DNA of 64,000 bases from Histomonas meleagridis 2922-C6/04-290x (GCA_020184695.1 JAANOX010000275.1:1-64000), one strand, 5' to 3'; positions 28,301 to 38,902 are shown, counted from the stretch's first letter. Notes: generated from the letters alone by a model not told the origin. A program made the numbers and translations.

Positions 28301-28708
28301 ATGTCGTGTATTCCAATGAGTTCCCAAAATACTTTGCTAAATGATGCAGCATCTTGGAGAGAAAGTAACCAATGGAGAGCTGTGTTCGCAACACCATCTG
28401 TTGGAAGTAGCCAAAGTCAACTATTTGCAAATTTCGGATCAATTAGTGAGGCAAATGAACCAGAAACAGATATCAATGATATAGTAAATAGAATAACAGA
28501 ACAGTTTGCTATGGATGTGTTTTCAGAATTAAAAGGTGATTTAACAGAAGGTTCAGCTAGATCTAGTAAAACATCAGGAGGAAAAAGAGATATTTCAAGG
28601 AAACCTCTGCTACCACAAAAAGCACCTGTTGTGACACCTTACAATGCAAAAAGAACTGCTCGGATTATATCAGGAATTAATACTCCAAATAGAGATAGAA
28701 ATCTATAA
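28301..28708 (+). CDS. Hypothetical protein
   Basis: 135-aa ORF with normal composition between AT-rich flanks. Confidence 0.7.
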   Translation: MSCIPMSSQNTLLNDAASWRESNQWRAVFATPSVGSSQSQLFANFGSISEANEPETDINDIVNRITEQFAMDVFSELKGDLTEGSARSSKTSGGKRDISRKPLLPQKAPVVTPYNAKRTARIISGINTPNRDRNL

Positions 28709-29091
28709 GGGTACTGTCTAGTTAAAGTGTAACTAAAGTTGTTTGTTTATTCTTTAGATATATTTGTGGATATTTAAAAAAAAAGATTTCGATCCATCAA
28801 GAAAGAAGGGAAAATTAAATTTGATGGTTAAATGGTTAATGAACTTTTTTTCTAAGCCCGTTTTAGTAGTATGTGTTATGATTTTCTGAAAAATTGTTGT
28901 TTTTAAATATGATATTTTCCTCAATTTTTTTTTAAGACTTATTAAATTTGACATTGTGAAACATTGATGCCTTTATACAATTAAAATTTGTTCATTCGTG
29001 TTGATTTAACCAACAGAAGAATATTTTTCCAAAATCTCTGTAAACAAAAAGTGTCGTTCAAAAAGTCGTTGTAAAATGTTCGTTAAAACAA

Positions 29092-29790
29092 ATGGAAGAA
29101 GGCACCACTCTTGTGTGGGATGAGATTAAAAGACATATTAACCCATCAGAAGTCGATGCATATGCAAGAAGAATTGGCTTGGCAAAAATTTCAAGAAATG
29201 AAGAAGCATTTCAAGAATTAACAACCTTAATTAATATGAAAAAAAATATTCAAGCAGATCTTTCTGATGAAATTGAAAACAAATCGCCTTTATTACTTAC
29301 ATCAACAAGTAGAAAAATTGCTATTGATAAAGCAATTCGATTTTTGGATTCGATTCGTTCAGCAGGACATTGTGTCGAACCATCAAATGATAATGATTCA
29401 CAAGTAATCAACTACCTAAAGCTTACAAAGCTTAATAGGCCTCGGACATCAACACCTGTAACTTCCCCAAGAAGAAATAAATTAAGAAATTCCACAAGGT
29501 CAATATCGACCAATTTAACAGATTCAATAGATGAAATTAAATCTCTTCTTGACGATGAATACGCACAAATACAGTTAGAGATCCAAGAAGTTCGATCATC
29601 ATTATTTGGAGATGTTGAACAATTGGAAGAAATAAAGTCAATTAACCCTCCGACAACAGACTCAATTGAATCATTCAATAAAAGAATGAGAACCAAAGAG
29701 ATAACTTTAAAAAACATGTCAAAAGTTCGAAGTTCATCATCAGTACTTCGTTTAAGAGAATCTGTTCGAATGAATCGTATGTGGGAGTAA
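29092..29790 (+). CDS. Coiled-coil protein, CCDC24-like
   Basis: N-terminus LVWDEIKRHINPSEVDAYARRIG resembles the recalled CCDC24 family signature; coiled-coil C-terminus. Confidence 0.6.
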   Translation: MEEGTTLVWDEIKRHINPSEVDAYARRIGLAKISRNEEAFQELTTLINMKKNIQADLSDEIENKSPLLLTSTSRKIAIDKAIRFLDSIRSAGHCVEPSNDNDSQVINYLKLTKLNRPRTSTPVTSPRRNKLRNSTRSISTNLTDSIDEIKSLLDDEYAQIQLEIQEVRSSLFGDVEQLEEIKSINPPTTDSIESFNKRMRTKEITLKNMSKVRSSSSVLRLRESVRMNRMWE

Positions 29791-29943
29791 ATAAATTATA
29801 TTTAAAGATAAACTTTTTTTAATGTGAAATTGTTTAATATCTTCAAAAAAAAAAACTTAAAAAATTGAATACAATTGTTATCTTTTCATTAATTAATCCA
29901 CAAAAAACATTTTAAAATGTTATGAGATGCTTTTATGTATATA

Positions 29944-30916
29944 TTAATTTGTTTCATTGTTTTGTCCTTTTTTATGATCATCAATTAGTTTTTTAATTTC
30001 CTCGTATTTTTTAATATTATAAGGGCGTGTAATAAATCTTCTTACATCATATAAAATTTCAAATCTATCAAAAAAATGTCATGGGGAATATCAATACCTG
30101 ATTGATCTAAGAGGAGTTTAACTATTTCAACATGTAAATTAGTAATAGCAGCAATAAGAGCTGATTTATAATATAAAATTATTAAACATTAAATGGATTA
30201 AATAAATGTTATGTAGAATGTAAAAACATTATTTAAATTAATTTTAATTCCTTTTTGATCAAGAAGTAATTTAACTATTTCTGTATAACCAAAGAAAGCT
30301 GCACTTATAAGTGCTGTATTAAGTATTTTATATAATTTCCCTATATGATATTAATGAACTAAACAAGTAAAATCAACATCATATCAAAAAAAATTAATAT
30401 CTTTGAAATTAATATTACACTCTTTTTGCTCAAGAAGTAATTTAACAATTTCAGTATGTCCTTTTTTAGCTGCACACATAAGTGCTGATTTAAATATTTG
30501 AAATAATTTTGAAATATTATTTTGGAATGTCATATTATCAAAATAAATTTCAAATAAAACAAATAAATATCTTTCGCATTAATATCAATTCCTTTTTGTT
30601 CTAGAAGTAATTTAACTATTTCAGTATTGCCATCCATACATGCGTGCATAAGTGCTGTTCTATATTATTTAAATAATTTCCAAATATTATTTTGAAATAT
30701 CAAAAAATTGTTTTAATAAATTATGAAAATAACAAACAAAAATCTTTAGCATTAATTTGAGTATTTTTATTTTTTAATAGTAATTTAACCATTTCAATAT
30801 TATTTATTTTACACGCATACATAAGTGGTGTCAAAAATCATATAAAAATGAATTCCATTTATTATTATAAAATATTCAAATAAATATTTGAAATTCTTTA
30901 AATCAGATAAATAAAT
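29944..30916 (-). repeat. Ankyrin cassette array 2: five 90-nt cassettes, spacers of 85/83/80/81/63 nt, then a C-terminal tail
   Basis: Cassettes 30742-30831 (TPLMYACKIN...NAKD), 30569-30658, 30399-30488, 30228-30317 and 30075-30164; tail ...YEEIKKLIDDHKKGQNNETN* ends at 29944. Confidence 0.9.
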
Positions 30917-32134
30917 ATCTCTTTCATTAATATTAAGATATTGTATTTCAAGAAGAGACTTTAAAAGAAGTAAATTACCCATTACAATTGCTGTTTCAAT
31001 TATTTGGCAATTGATTTTCATTCCTTTTTGCATTAAATATGACAATAATTCAAAATTACAATTTTCGACGCATGCAATTCCATATTTAGTAAAATCTTTT
31101 ACCCCCAAATTTTTTTCGAATATATATTTAAAGATATCATTTTTATGGAATTCAATTGCTGCTTCATATGAATTTTTAAATACTATAAGATTTTGTTCAC
31201 ATAAATGAATGATTTCAAGGTTTCCACCTGCAACTGCATATTTACCTGCGTTTTTTAAATTTGCACCATTCATAAGCAAATATTTAAAACATTTAATAGC
31301 AGAAAAAAATGCTGCATAATCAATTAATGTAACATTTTTTTGGTTAATATATGAACATCTTTCATAAAGTGATGGTTCAATGATTTGATTAAAATCAAAA
31401 TTTGTTTGTGATGATATTTCTTGAAGTTTTTCAATTTCATCATTTCGAATTATTTTTGCAATTTCAATAGGATTGACTCCTTCTTTAATATATTTCTTAT
31501 GAAGTTCCCAATCATTCTTTTTAAGTTTTTCAAGATTATAAATGAATTGGGCCACAAATGGAAAATTAATATCGAATTTTTCTCTTTCTTGATAATGCGA
31601 AAAAAATAGTGTTTTTTTACTTTTAACTACTTTTGGTTCAATCAAATTTTGCTCGATAAGTTCCTCAAGAAGATAATTTGATTCTTGAGTTTCGAGGGAA
31701 ATTAAAAACTGTGAAAAGATTTGATAATCATTTTGATTTATCTTTGCATTAATTGATTTTAAATAATTAATATAAACATGCGCTTTTTGTGGACGAGCCA
31801 CAAAACATGAATATATTAAGGTGCACAGAGTAATATTGAATGAATATGGATTTTCGTCATCATAGTACTTCACTGAAAATTCAGCTGATTCATCAACATT
31901 GTTTTCATTTAAATAAATCACAATTTGCAGAAGACTTTGTAATTCTTCAAAATATACAATGATTTTGCCTTGTTGGTTTTCGTTCATTATGGGTGATGAC
32001 AAAAAAATGGTAGTAACCGTTTGCCAAAAATCTTCATAATTTTTATTAATGAATTCGTAAGAAATAACTTTGAATATACCAAAAAGAGATACGCAACGAA
32101 AATAAAGAAAAAATTGTTTTATTTTAAAATTCAT
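30809..32134 (-). CDS. DUF3447/ankyrin protein, leader ORF of cassette array 2
   Basis: IIRNDEIEKLQ...TLIDYAAFFSAIKCFKYLLMN...AVAGGNLEIIHLCEQ. The ORF reads through the first spacer after NINERD and then stops. Confidence 0.88.
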   Translation of the reverse strand: MNFKIKQFFLYFRCVSLFGIFKVISYEFINKNYEDFWQTVTTIFLSSPIMNENQQGKIIVYFEELQSLLQIVIYLNENNVDESAEFSVKYYDDENPYSFNITLCTLIYSCFVARPQKAHVYINYLKSINAKINQNDYQIFSQFLISLETQESNYLLEELIEQNLIEPKVVKSKKTLFFSHYQEREKFDINFPFVAQFIYNLEKLKKNDWELHKKYIKEGVNPIEIAKIIRNDEIEKLQEISSQTNFDFNQIIEPSLYERCSYINQKNVTLIDYAAFFSAIKCFKYLLMNGANLKNAGKYAVAGGNLEIIHLCEQNLIVFKNSYEAAIEFHKNDIFKYIFEKNLGVKDFTKYGIACVENCNFELLSYLMQKGMKINCQIIETAIVMGNLLLLKSLLEIQYLNINERDIYLSDLKNFKYLFEYFIIINGIHFYMIFDTTYVCV

Positions 32135-32153
32135 GAATTATGCTATATTAAAT

Positions 32154-32756
32154 TTAACAGCATGTTTTAGAACTAGGTTCTTTTTCCTGTTGTTTATCGA
32201 CTGGACTTTTGTCATCATTGTCTTCCGGATTGTCATCAATATTGCTTTTGATATCTTCGCTTTGATTTGCAATTTCTTGGAATAATATATCAAGACCAAA
32301 TTTTGTCTTTGCTGAAACTTCTGTTACAAACGCAGCACTTTGTTCGTGACCGAAGTCTTGCGCTTGAGTGAAAGTAACTTCTCGATTATCAAGATCACAT
32401 TTGTTACCAACAATAAAAATTTTAGCTTCAACTGGTGCTTCTTGTTTTGCAGTTTCAATCCAAGAATTCATATCATCAAAAGATGCTTTATCTGAAATAT
32501 CATATACCACAATAATGAAAGAAGCTCTTTGAAAATACATTGGAATCACGTTCCTGAAGCGTTCTTGGCCTGCGGTATCCCATAAACCGATTTCTGTTTG
32601 ATTACCATTTTTTGAAGTTATCGAAATTTTTGCAAAAGCTCCACCAACTGTAAGTATGTGCTCATCGTTGAAGGTGTCAGAGTGAGCCCTTTGGAAAATT
32701 GACGTTTTCCCTACGCCTGAATTTCCAATTAATACTGCTTTGACTCTTGATATCAT
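32154..32756 (-). CDS. Rab-family small GTPase
   Basis: GNSGVGKT, WDTAGQERF, NKCD and EVSAK motifs plus C-terminal CC; likely start MISRVK at 32756. Confidence 0.95.
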   Translation of the reverse strand: MISRVKAVLIGNSGVGKTSIFQRAHSDTFNDEHILTVGGAFAKISITSKNGNQTEIGLWDTAGQERFRNVIPMYFQRASFIIVVYDISDKASFDDMNSWIETAKQEAPVEAKIFIVGNKCDLDNREVTFTQAQDFGHEQSAAFVTEVSAKTKFGLDILFQEIANQSEDIKSNIDDNPEDNDDKSPVDKQQEKEPSSKTCC

Positions 32757-33304
32757 TTGAACTAAATCAAATTGAATTATCGTCATGTAAACTTTTTTGT
32801 TGTATACAAAAAGATTCAAAATTATTCAATTTTTGTAAATAAAGTATTCAAAATAATTTAAATATATATTTGGTCTCTTTATCGATAGTAAAAGTATCAA
32901 CGATTTTGAGGGCCTACCAGCTGGTTGAATAGAATGTGTATACTTATTTATTTATATTTCTTTAAATTTAGTTCAGTGGAAAATGAAAAAAATTGATTTT
33001 CTGATTTAAAACGACTGTTTATTTGGTTGAAAGCGTCTTTTTATAAACTTTTTATAATATCTATTACACAGAGAAAAAAATAATCCTTTAGGTTTCAAGT
33101 ATTGCCACTTGTGTTAAAGGATCCACATCAAAAATAATTAAGATTGGCAATCAAAAATATATATTTTGAAAAAATTTCGAAAATTCAATTTTGATCTGAT
33201 TATTTTTTATCCAATTTAAGCCTTAAATTGAAGGCAGATTTAAATATACATGATTATAGGGACCTGATAGAAATCAAAAAATTCACCATTATATGTTTCT
33301 TTTC

Positions 33305-35383
33305 TCAGTTTGAATACCTCTTATGTTGCAAGTAAAACAAATAAATACCTTTAGTATTGATATCAATTCCTTTTTGTTTATGAAGTAATTTAACTATTTC
33401 TGTACAATCATAATCAGATGCAATCATATATGCTGTTTTAAATAATTTAGACAATTTCCAAATATTATTTTAAAACATAAAATTATTATAATAAATATTA
33501 AATAAAACAAATAAATATCTTTAGCATTAATATCAATTCCTTCTTGTTCAAGAAGTAATTTAACTATTTCTGTATGACCATTACGAGATGCTTTCATAAG
33601 TAGTGTTTCAAATAATTTAAATAATTTCCAAATATTATTTTGAAATCCTAAATTATTAAAATAAATATTAAATAAAACAATTAAATATCTTTAGCATTAA
33701 TATCAATTCCTTCTTGTTCAAGAAGTAATTTAACTATTTCTGTATAACCTTTTGCAGATGCCAAAATAAGTGCTGTATTAAATAATTTAAATAATTTCTA
33801 AATATTATTTTAAAATATTAAATTATTAAAATAAATATTAAATAAAACAAATAATTATTTTTAGCATTAATATCAATTCCTTCTTGTTCAAGAAGTAATT
33901 TAACTACCTCTTTATTACCAAATTGAGATGCTTTTATAAATGCTGTATTAAATAATTTAAATAATTTCCAAATATTATTTTGAAATCCTAAATTATTAAA
34001 ATAAATATTAAATCAAACAAATAAATATCTTTAGCATTAATATCAATTCCTTCTTGTTCAAGAAGTAATTTAACTATTTCAGTGTGACCTTTTGCAGATG
34101 CCCACATAAGTGCTGTATTAAATAATTTAAATAATTTCCAAATATTATTTTGAAATATCAATTTATTAAAATAAATACAAAATAAAACAAATAAATATCT
34201 TTAGCATTGATATCAATTCCTTTTTGTGCAAGAAGTAATTTAACTATTTCTGTATAACCTTTTGCAGATGCCAAAATAAGTGCTGTATCAAATAATTTAA
34301 ATAATTTCTAAATATTATTTTGAAATAGAAAATTATTAAATTAAATATTAAATAAAACAAATAAATATCTTTAGTATTAATATCAATTCCTTTTTGTTCA
34401 AGAAGTAATTTAACGATTTCATTATGACCATTTTTACATGCTAAAATAAATGCTGTATCAAATAATTTAAATAATTTCCAAATATTATTTTAAAATCCAA
34501 AATTATTAAAATAAATATTAAATAAAATAAATAAATATTTTTATCATTAATATCAATTCTTTTTTGTTCAAGAAGTAATTTAACGATTTCATTATGACCA
34601 TTTTTACATGCTAAAATAAATGCTGTATCAAATAATTTCAATAATTTCCAAATATTATTTTGTAATATCAAATTACGTAAATAAATTTTATCTAAAATTA
34701 ACAAATATTGTATGCATTAATATTAGTTCCCTTTTGTTCAAGAAGTAATTTAACAAGATCTTTTTTACCTTTCTTAGACATGCTCATAAGCACCGTTTCA
34801 AGTTATTTAAACTAATCCCAAATATTATTTTGAAATATCATATAAATATAATAAGCATCAAACTAAAGAAACAGACATTTTTAGCATTGACATCAATAAA
34901 ATTTTGTTCAAGAAGTAATTTGACTATTTCTATTTTGCCAGATTGTGCTGCATTCATAAGTGCTGTATTAAATAATTTAAATAATTTCCAAATATTATTT
35001 TAAAATAAAAAATTATTGAAGCAAACTTTAATTAAAACAAATAAACACCTCTCATATTAATATTCTTACCTTTTTCAAGAATTAATTTGATTATTTCTGC
35101 ATTACCATTCCAAGTAGCCATAATAAGTGCTGTATCAATAAAATCAAATTATTTCCAAATGTTACTTTGAAATCAGAAATTATAAAAACAAATTAAAAAT
35201 AAGTCATATAAATATTTTTAGCGTTAACATCAATATCTTTTTTTTTAAGAAGTAATTTGACGATTTTTAGATTTCCTTTAACAGATGCTTTCATAAGTGT
35301 TGTTTCAAATTACTTAAGTAATTTCCAAATGTATTATTTAAATTGCAAATTATTAAAATAAAAATCAAACAAAGCAAACATAC
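33305..35383 (-). repeat. Ankyrin cassette array 1: twelve cassettes (90 nt; one 87 nt), each preceded by an 80-nt spacer
   Basis: 170-nt periodicity (ttagcattaa-like motif at 33351, 33521, 33691, 33861, 34031, 34201, 34371, 34541, 34711, 34881). All cassettes are stop-free ankyrin repeats. Confidence 0.95.
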
Positions 35384-36565
35384 ATCATTAGCATTGACAT
35401 CAATAAAATTTTGTAATATATATTCAACAAGTTCATTGTTATTTGAATCTATAGAGAAAACTAAAATATTTTTTGGAATTTTATCGTTTACGAAAAAATA
35501 TTTAACAAGGAATGTGTTGCCGATTTTTGCTGTTTCGTTAATTATATAATCATTGACATTCATTCCTTCATCTACTAAATATGAAAAAATTTCATAATTA
35601 CCATATTTAATACAAAAATATCCCAAGTTTATTAGTGTGTTTTGTTTTAATTTCTCCAATTTATTTTCATAAACATATTTAAAGATATCATTTTTATGAA
35701 ATCTTATTGCTGTTTCATATGCATCGTTAAATGATGCATGATTTTGTACACACAAATGAATTATCTCTAAGTTTTCACCTGCAATTGCATATTTACCTGT
35801 GTAAGTTAATTTAGAATTATTTAATAATAAATATTTAAAACATTTAATAGCAGAAAAAAATGCTGCATAATCAATTAATGTAACATTTTTTTGGTTAATA
35901 AATGAACATCTTTCATAAAGTGATGGTTCAATGATTTGATTAAAATCAAAATCATTTTCTGATGATATTTCTTGAAGTTTTTCGATTTCATCATTTCGAA
36001 TTATTTTCGCAATTTCATTGGGATTAACTCCTTCTTTAATATACTTCTTATGAAGTTCCCAATTATTCTTTGAAAGATCTGAATAATTTTTCAGAAAAGA
36101 ACTATTAAATGGTTCATAAAAATTTTCACTTTTGTTTTCTTTTTCTGTTCTATAATGAGCAAAATATTTTGATTCAATATTTTTTGCGATATTTGCATCA
36201 ATTAACTTTTTTTTAATCATTCTTTCAATTAAATAATATGATTCATGTGAATTGGTCTTAACTATGTAATCTACAAAAAAATTAATAATTTTTGGAATAT
36301 TATTATTAATTTCTTCTTCTTTCATTTGAATTGATTCTAAGTAATTCAAGTAAATATCAGCTGCGTTTTTTCGTGAGCAAAATGCAAAATATATTAAATT
36401 ACTTAAAACAAGATTATACGAAAATGATAAATTTGAATTAAATAATTTCATTGTTTGATGAACTGATTCTAAAAAATTATTTTCATATAAATCAAATATG
36501 ATCTTTTGAAGCGAACAAAGAAATTCAAGAGATGAAAAATTTTGATTGCTATTATTGGGAAGCAT
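35291..36565 (-). CDS. DUF3447/ankyrin protein, leader ORF of cassette array 1
   Basis: Same DUF3447 core as 30809-32134; reads through the first spacer after DVNAND and stops 10 nt into cassette 1. Confidence 0.88.
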   Translation of the reverse strand: MLPNNSNQNFSSLEFLCSLQKIIFDLYENNFLESVHQTMKLFNSNLSFSYNLVLSNLIYFAFCSRKNAADIYLNYLESIQMKEEEINNNIPKIINFFVDYIVKTNSHESYYLIERMIKKKLIDANIAKNIESKYFAHYRTEKENKSENFYEPFNSSFLKNYSDLSKNNWELHKKYIKEGVNPNEIAKIIRNDEIEKLQEISSENDFDFNQIIEPSLYERCSFINQKNVTLIDYAAFFSAIKCFKYLLLNNSKLTYTGKYAIAGENLEIIHLCVQNHASFNDAYETAIRFHKNDIFKYVYENKLEKLKQNTLINLGYFCIKYGNYEIFSYLVDEGMNVNDYIINETAKIGNTFLVKYFFVNDKIPKNILVFSIDSNNNELVEYILQNFIDVNANDVCLLCLIFILIICNLNNTFGNYLSNLKQHL

Positions 36566-36942
36566 TCACTTTAAGGCGAACAAAAAATGTTTGGATAATT
36601 CAATAGTTTACATGATACTTTGAATATTGAAAGTTAAATCTACATTTTAGTTAAAATATACATATTGATACATCATTATAACATTATCCTAATCCAACAC
36701 TTAGTATTGAATCTCGATGATTTTGTTATGACTTTGATTAATTTTACATATAAATACATTTTGCAAAATTAGAAAATATTTCAAATGCTTTATTTTATTC
36801 TTAAACAGCAGCACATTCAAGGCAACACTTATTTTTATCCCAAAAAAGGCTGAAAATAACACAAATTTCGATTCCTGCACAAAAGCACTTTTTAAGGTTT
36901 CTGAAATTAACGGCGGTTTTATCGGTTTTGGTCGACCTTTCG

Positions 36943-37410
36943 ATGTCTGATATCCAAACAGAACGTGCTTTCCAAAAGCAAAAACAAATTTGCCTCGCAT
37001 CAAAGAAATACCGCGGCTCCGACAAAAAACCACGCTACACAAAGAATATTGGTCTTGGAATTAAAACACCAAAGACTGCAATTGAGGGAACATACATTGA
37101 CCACAAATGCCCATTCACAAGCGACGTTTCAATCCGTGGTCGTGTAATGCGTGGAATCGTTGTTTCAACCAAGATGAAGAGAACTGTTATTGTTCGTCGT
37201 GATTATCTTCAATACATAAGAAAATATAAGCGTTTCGAAAAACGCCACACAAAGATCCCTGCTCACTGCAGCCCATGCTTCATTGTTAAGGAAGGCGATA
37301 TTGTTCAAATTGGTGAATGCCGTCCACTCTCAAAGACAGTTCATTTCAACGTTATTTCTGTTAAGCCATGTGCTGTTGGTGCTGACAAGAAGCAATTCAG
37401 AGTCTTCTAA
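36943..37410 (+). CDS. RPS11: 40S ribosomal protein S11 (uS17)
   Basis: [53 protein letters not shown]. Confidence 0.98.
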   Translation: MSDIQTERAFQKQKQICLASKKYRGSDKKPRYTKNIGLGIKTPKTAIEGTYIDHKCPFTSDVSIRGRVMRGIVVSTKMKRTVIVRRDYLQYIRKYKRFEKRHTKIPAHCSPCFIVKEGDIVQIGECRPLSKTVHFNVISVKPCAVGADKKQFRVF

Positions 37411-37824
37411 ACAAATTAACTATATATTTTTTATTTTCTCAATCATAAATCATAAGTCAAAAATACATTAACAACAATTCTCCAACGATTGGCTTTAGTA
37501 AGTTGTTTTATTCGAGCAAATGTTGTATTTCACATTTAGAATTCCTAAACATAATAATATTTAAGTTTGATCATCACTCTACATACAATACATGTGATGT
37601 TGCAAAAATATTTTAAGAGTGTTAGTTAAGAGTATTATAAATTTTACAAATCAATAAATTTCGATATTTAATATATATGGGAAATTTGTTGTTTTTAATG
37701 TTTTCTCATTAATAAGATTCACAGTGACCATTTAATATGTATAAAAAAAATCAGAAAAATGTATCTTTTTTTCACAACAAATGAACAAGTTAATTAATTA
37801 GAACATTTTTAATTTATTGACTAC

Positions 37825-38733
37825 TTATGTTGGCCTATAGGTTCCAATGATCATTGTATGATCTCTATGATAACGATCTAAATCAACTTGCTCTTCTGGT
37901 TTGAACCCATTTTTAATCAAAAACTGTGTTTCATTAGCAAAAACTTGTGCCGCAGGAATCGTTGAGTCGACACAACTTGCTTTGATTGAGATCATGAAAT
38001 ATCCATTATTCTTCAAGAAAAATTCCGCATTAAGAGCAAAGATACGGGCCTGATCTGGCTGAGCAACATCAGCAAATAAACAGTCGACCATTGGAACAAG
38101 CATACGATATTTTTGTGGATGCCTTGCATCTTCGATAATTGGAACAATATTGGGTCTGATTTTTGCTAAATTAACAAACTCACGTCCAACACGAGGAGAA
38201 AATTCAACACCGTATACTCTTCCTGTTGGTCCTACTATGTCAGACACATGTGATACAGTTGTACCAGATGCAGCACCAAGATAAAGAACTGTGGCACCTG
38301 GCTTGATTTCCATTTTTTCAAACCCACATAGTATACATGCTCCAATTTTTGATCTGTATGGATTCCATTCACGATATTCGATTGGTCCATCAGTTCCATC
38401 AACTGATATTAATTTTTCCCCGTATACTGTTTTTCCTGGTGTTAAGTTTCTTGTAAGAAGCATATCTCCTTTGGAATGACCAACAAAAACTCCTGGGAAT
38501 GGAGATGGTTCAATAGCAGCACGATTACCACCACTAAATCCAAGTCCACGAGCACCACGGGGCTTTTTGTTTTGACCACCACGTCCACCAAACTTTCCTT
38601 TATGATCTTTATCTCTATTAAATTTACCATCACGGCCGCGATCTCCTTTTTTATTGAAACCTCCTCTATCATTACCAAAACCACCACGGCCACCATTCCT
38701 TTTAGGCCCTCCTCGACCTCTTCCTCTGTCCAT
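37825..38733 (-). CDS. NOP1: Fibrillarin, rRNA 2'-O-methyltransferase
   Basis: GAR domain, [40 protein letters not shown]. Confidence 0.98.
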   Translation of the reverse strand: MDRGRGRGGPKRNGGRGGFGNDRGGFNKKGDRGRDGKFNRDKDHKGKFGGRGGQNKKPRGARGLGFSGGNRAAIEPSPFPGVFVGHSKGDMLLTRNLTPGKTVYGEKLISVDGTDGPIEYREWNPYRSKIGACILCGFEKMEIKPGATVLYLGAASGTTVSHVSDIVGPTGRVYGVEFSPRVGREFVNLAKIRPNIVPIIEDARHPQKYRMLVPMVDCLFADVAQPDQARIFALNAEFFLKNNGYFMISIKASCVDSTIPAAQVFANETQFLIKNGFKPEEQVDLDRYHRDHTMIIGTYRPT

Positions 38734-38902
38734 TGTATCTGCTCTAGTATTTGTAAACTATTCAATTGCTCGACCAAAATGTCGGTAGCCCGTTTACACC
38801 AAAAAGTGTCTGTCACTTTTAAGAGTACCCCAAAAAAATACTTTTTGTTCAAACAAATTCTTTACTAAATTTTTGCTTTCGTATAAAAATACCGAACTCA
38901 AA

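Noticed and set aside
34441-34704. 87-aa ORF
   Set aside because: One cassette plus parts of two spacers; not an independent gene.
33305-35383. CRISPR array (conserved palindromic repeat plus fixed-length variable units)
   Set aside because: Eukaryotic context, no cas genes, units too long, and the variable units are homologous ankyrin coding repeats.
33437-35383. Spacers as canonical GT-AG or U12 AT-AC introns
   Set aside because: GT starts only 3 of 12 spacers, the ACAG is not conserved, GT..ACAG and AT..AC joins are out of frame, and there is no ACTAAC-type branch or U12 consensus.
33437-35383. Simple -1 frameshift or codon-matched ribosome hop
   Set aside because: Spacers 2-4 have stops in both relevant frames, and candidate take-off and landing codons do not match consistently (e.g. 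GAT/GAA, GGT/AAT).
38442-38868. Overlapping ORFs on both strands at fibrillarin
   Set aside because: Shadows of the GC-rich GAR-domain codons.
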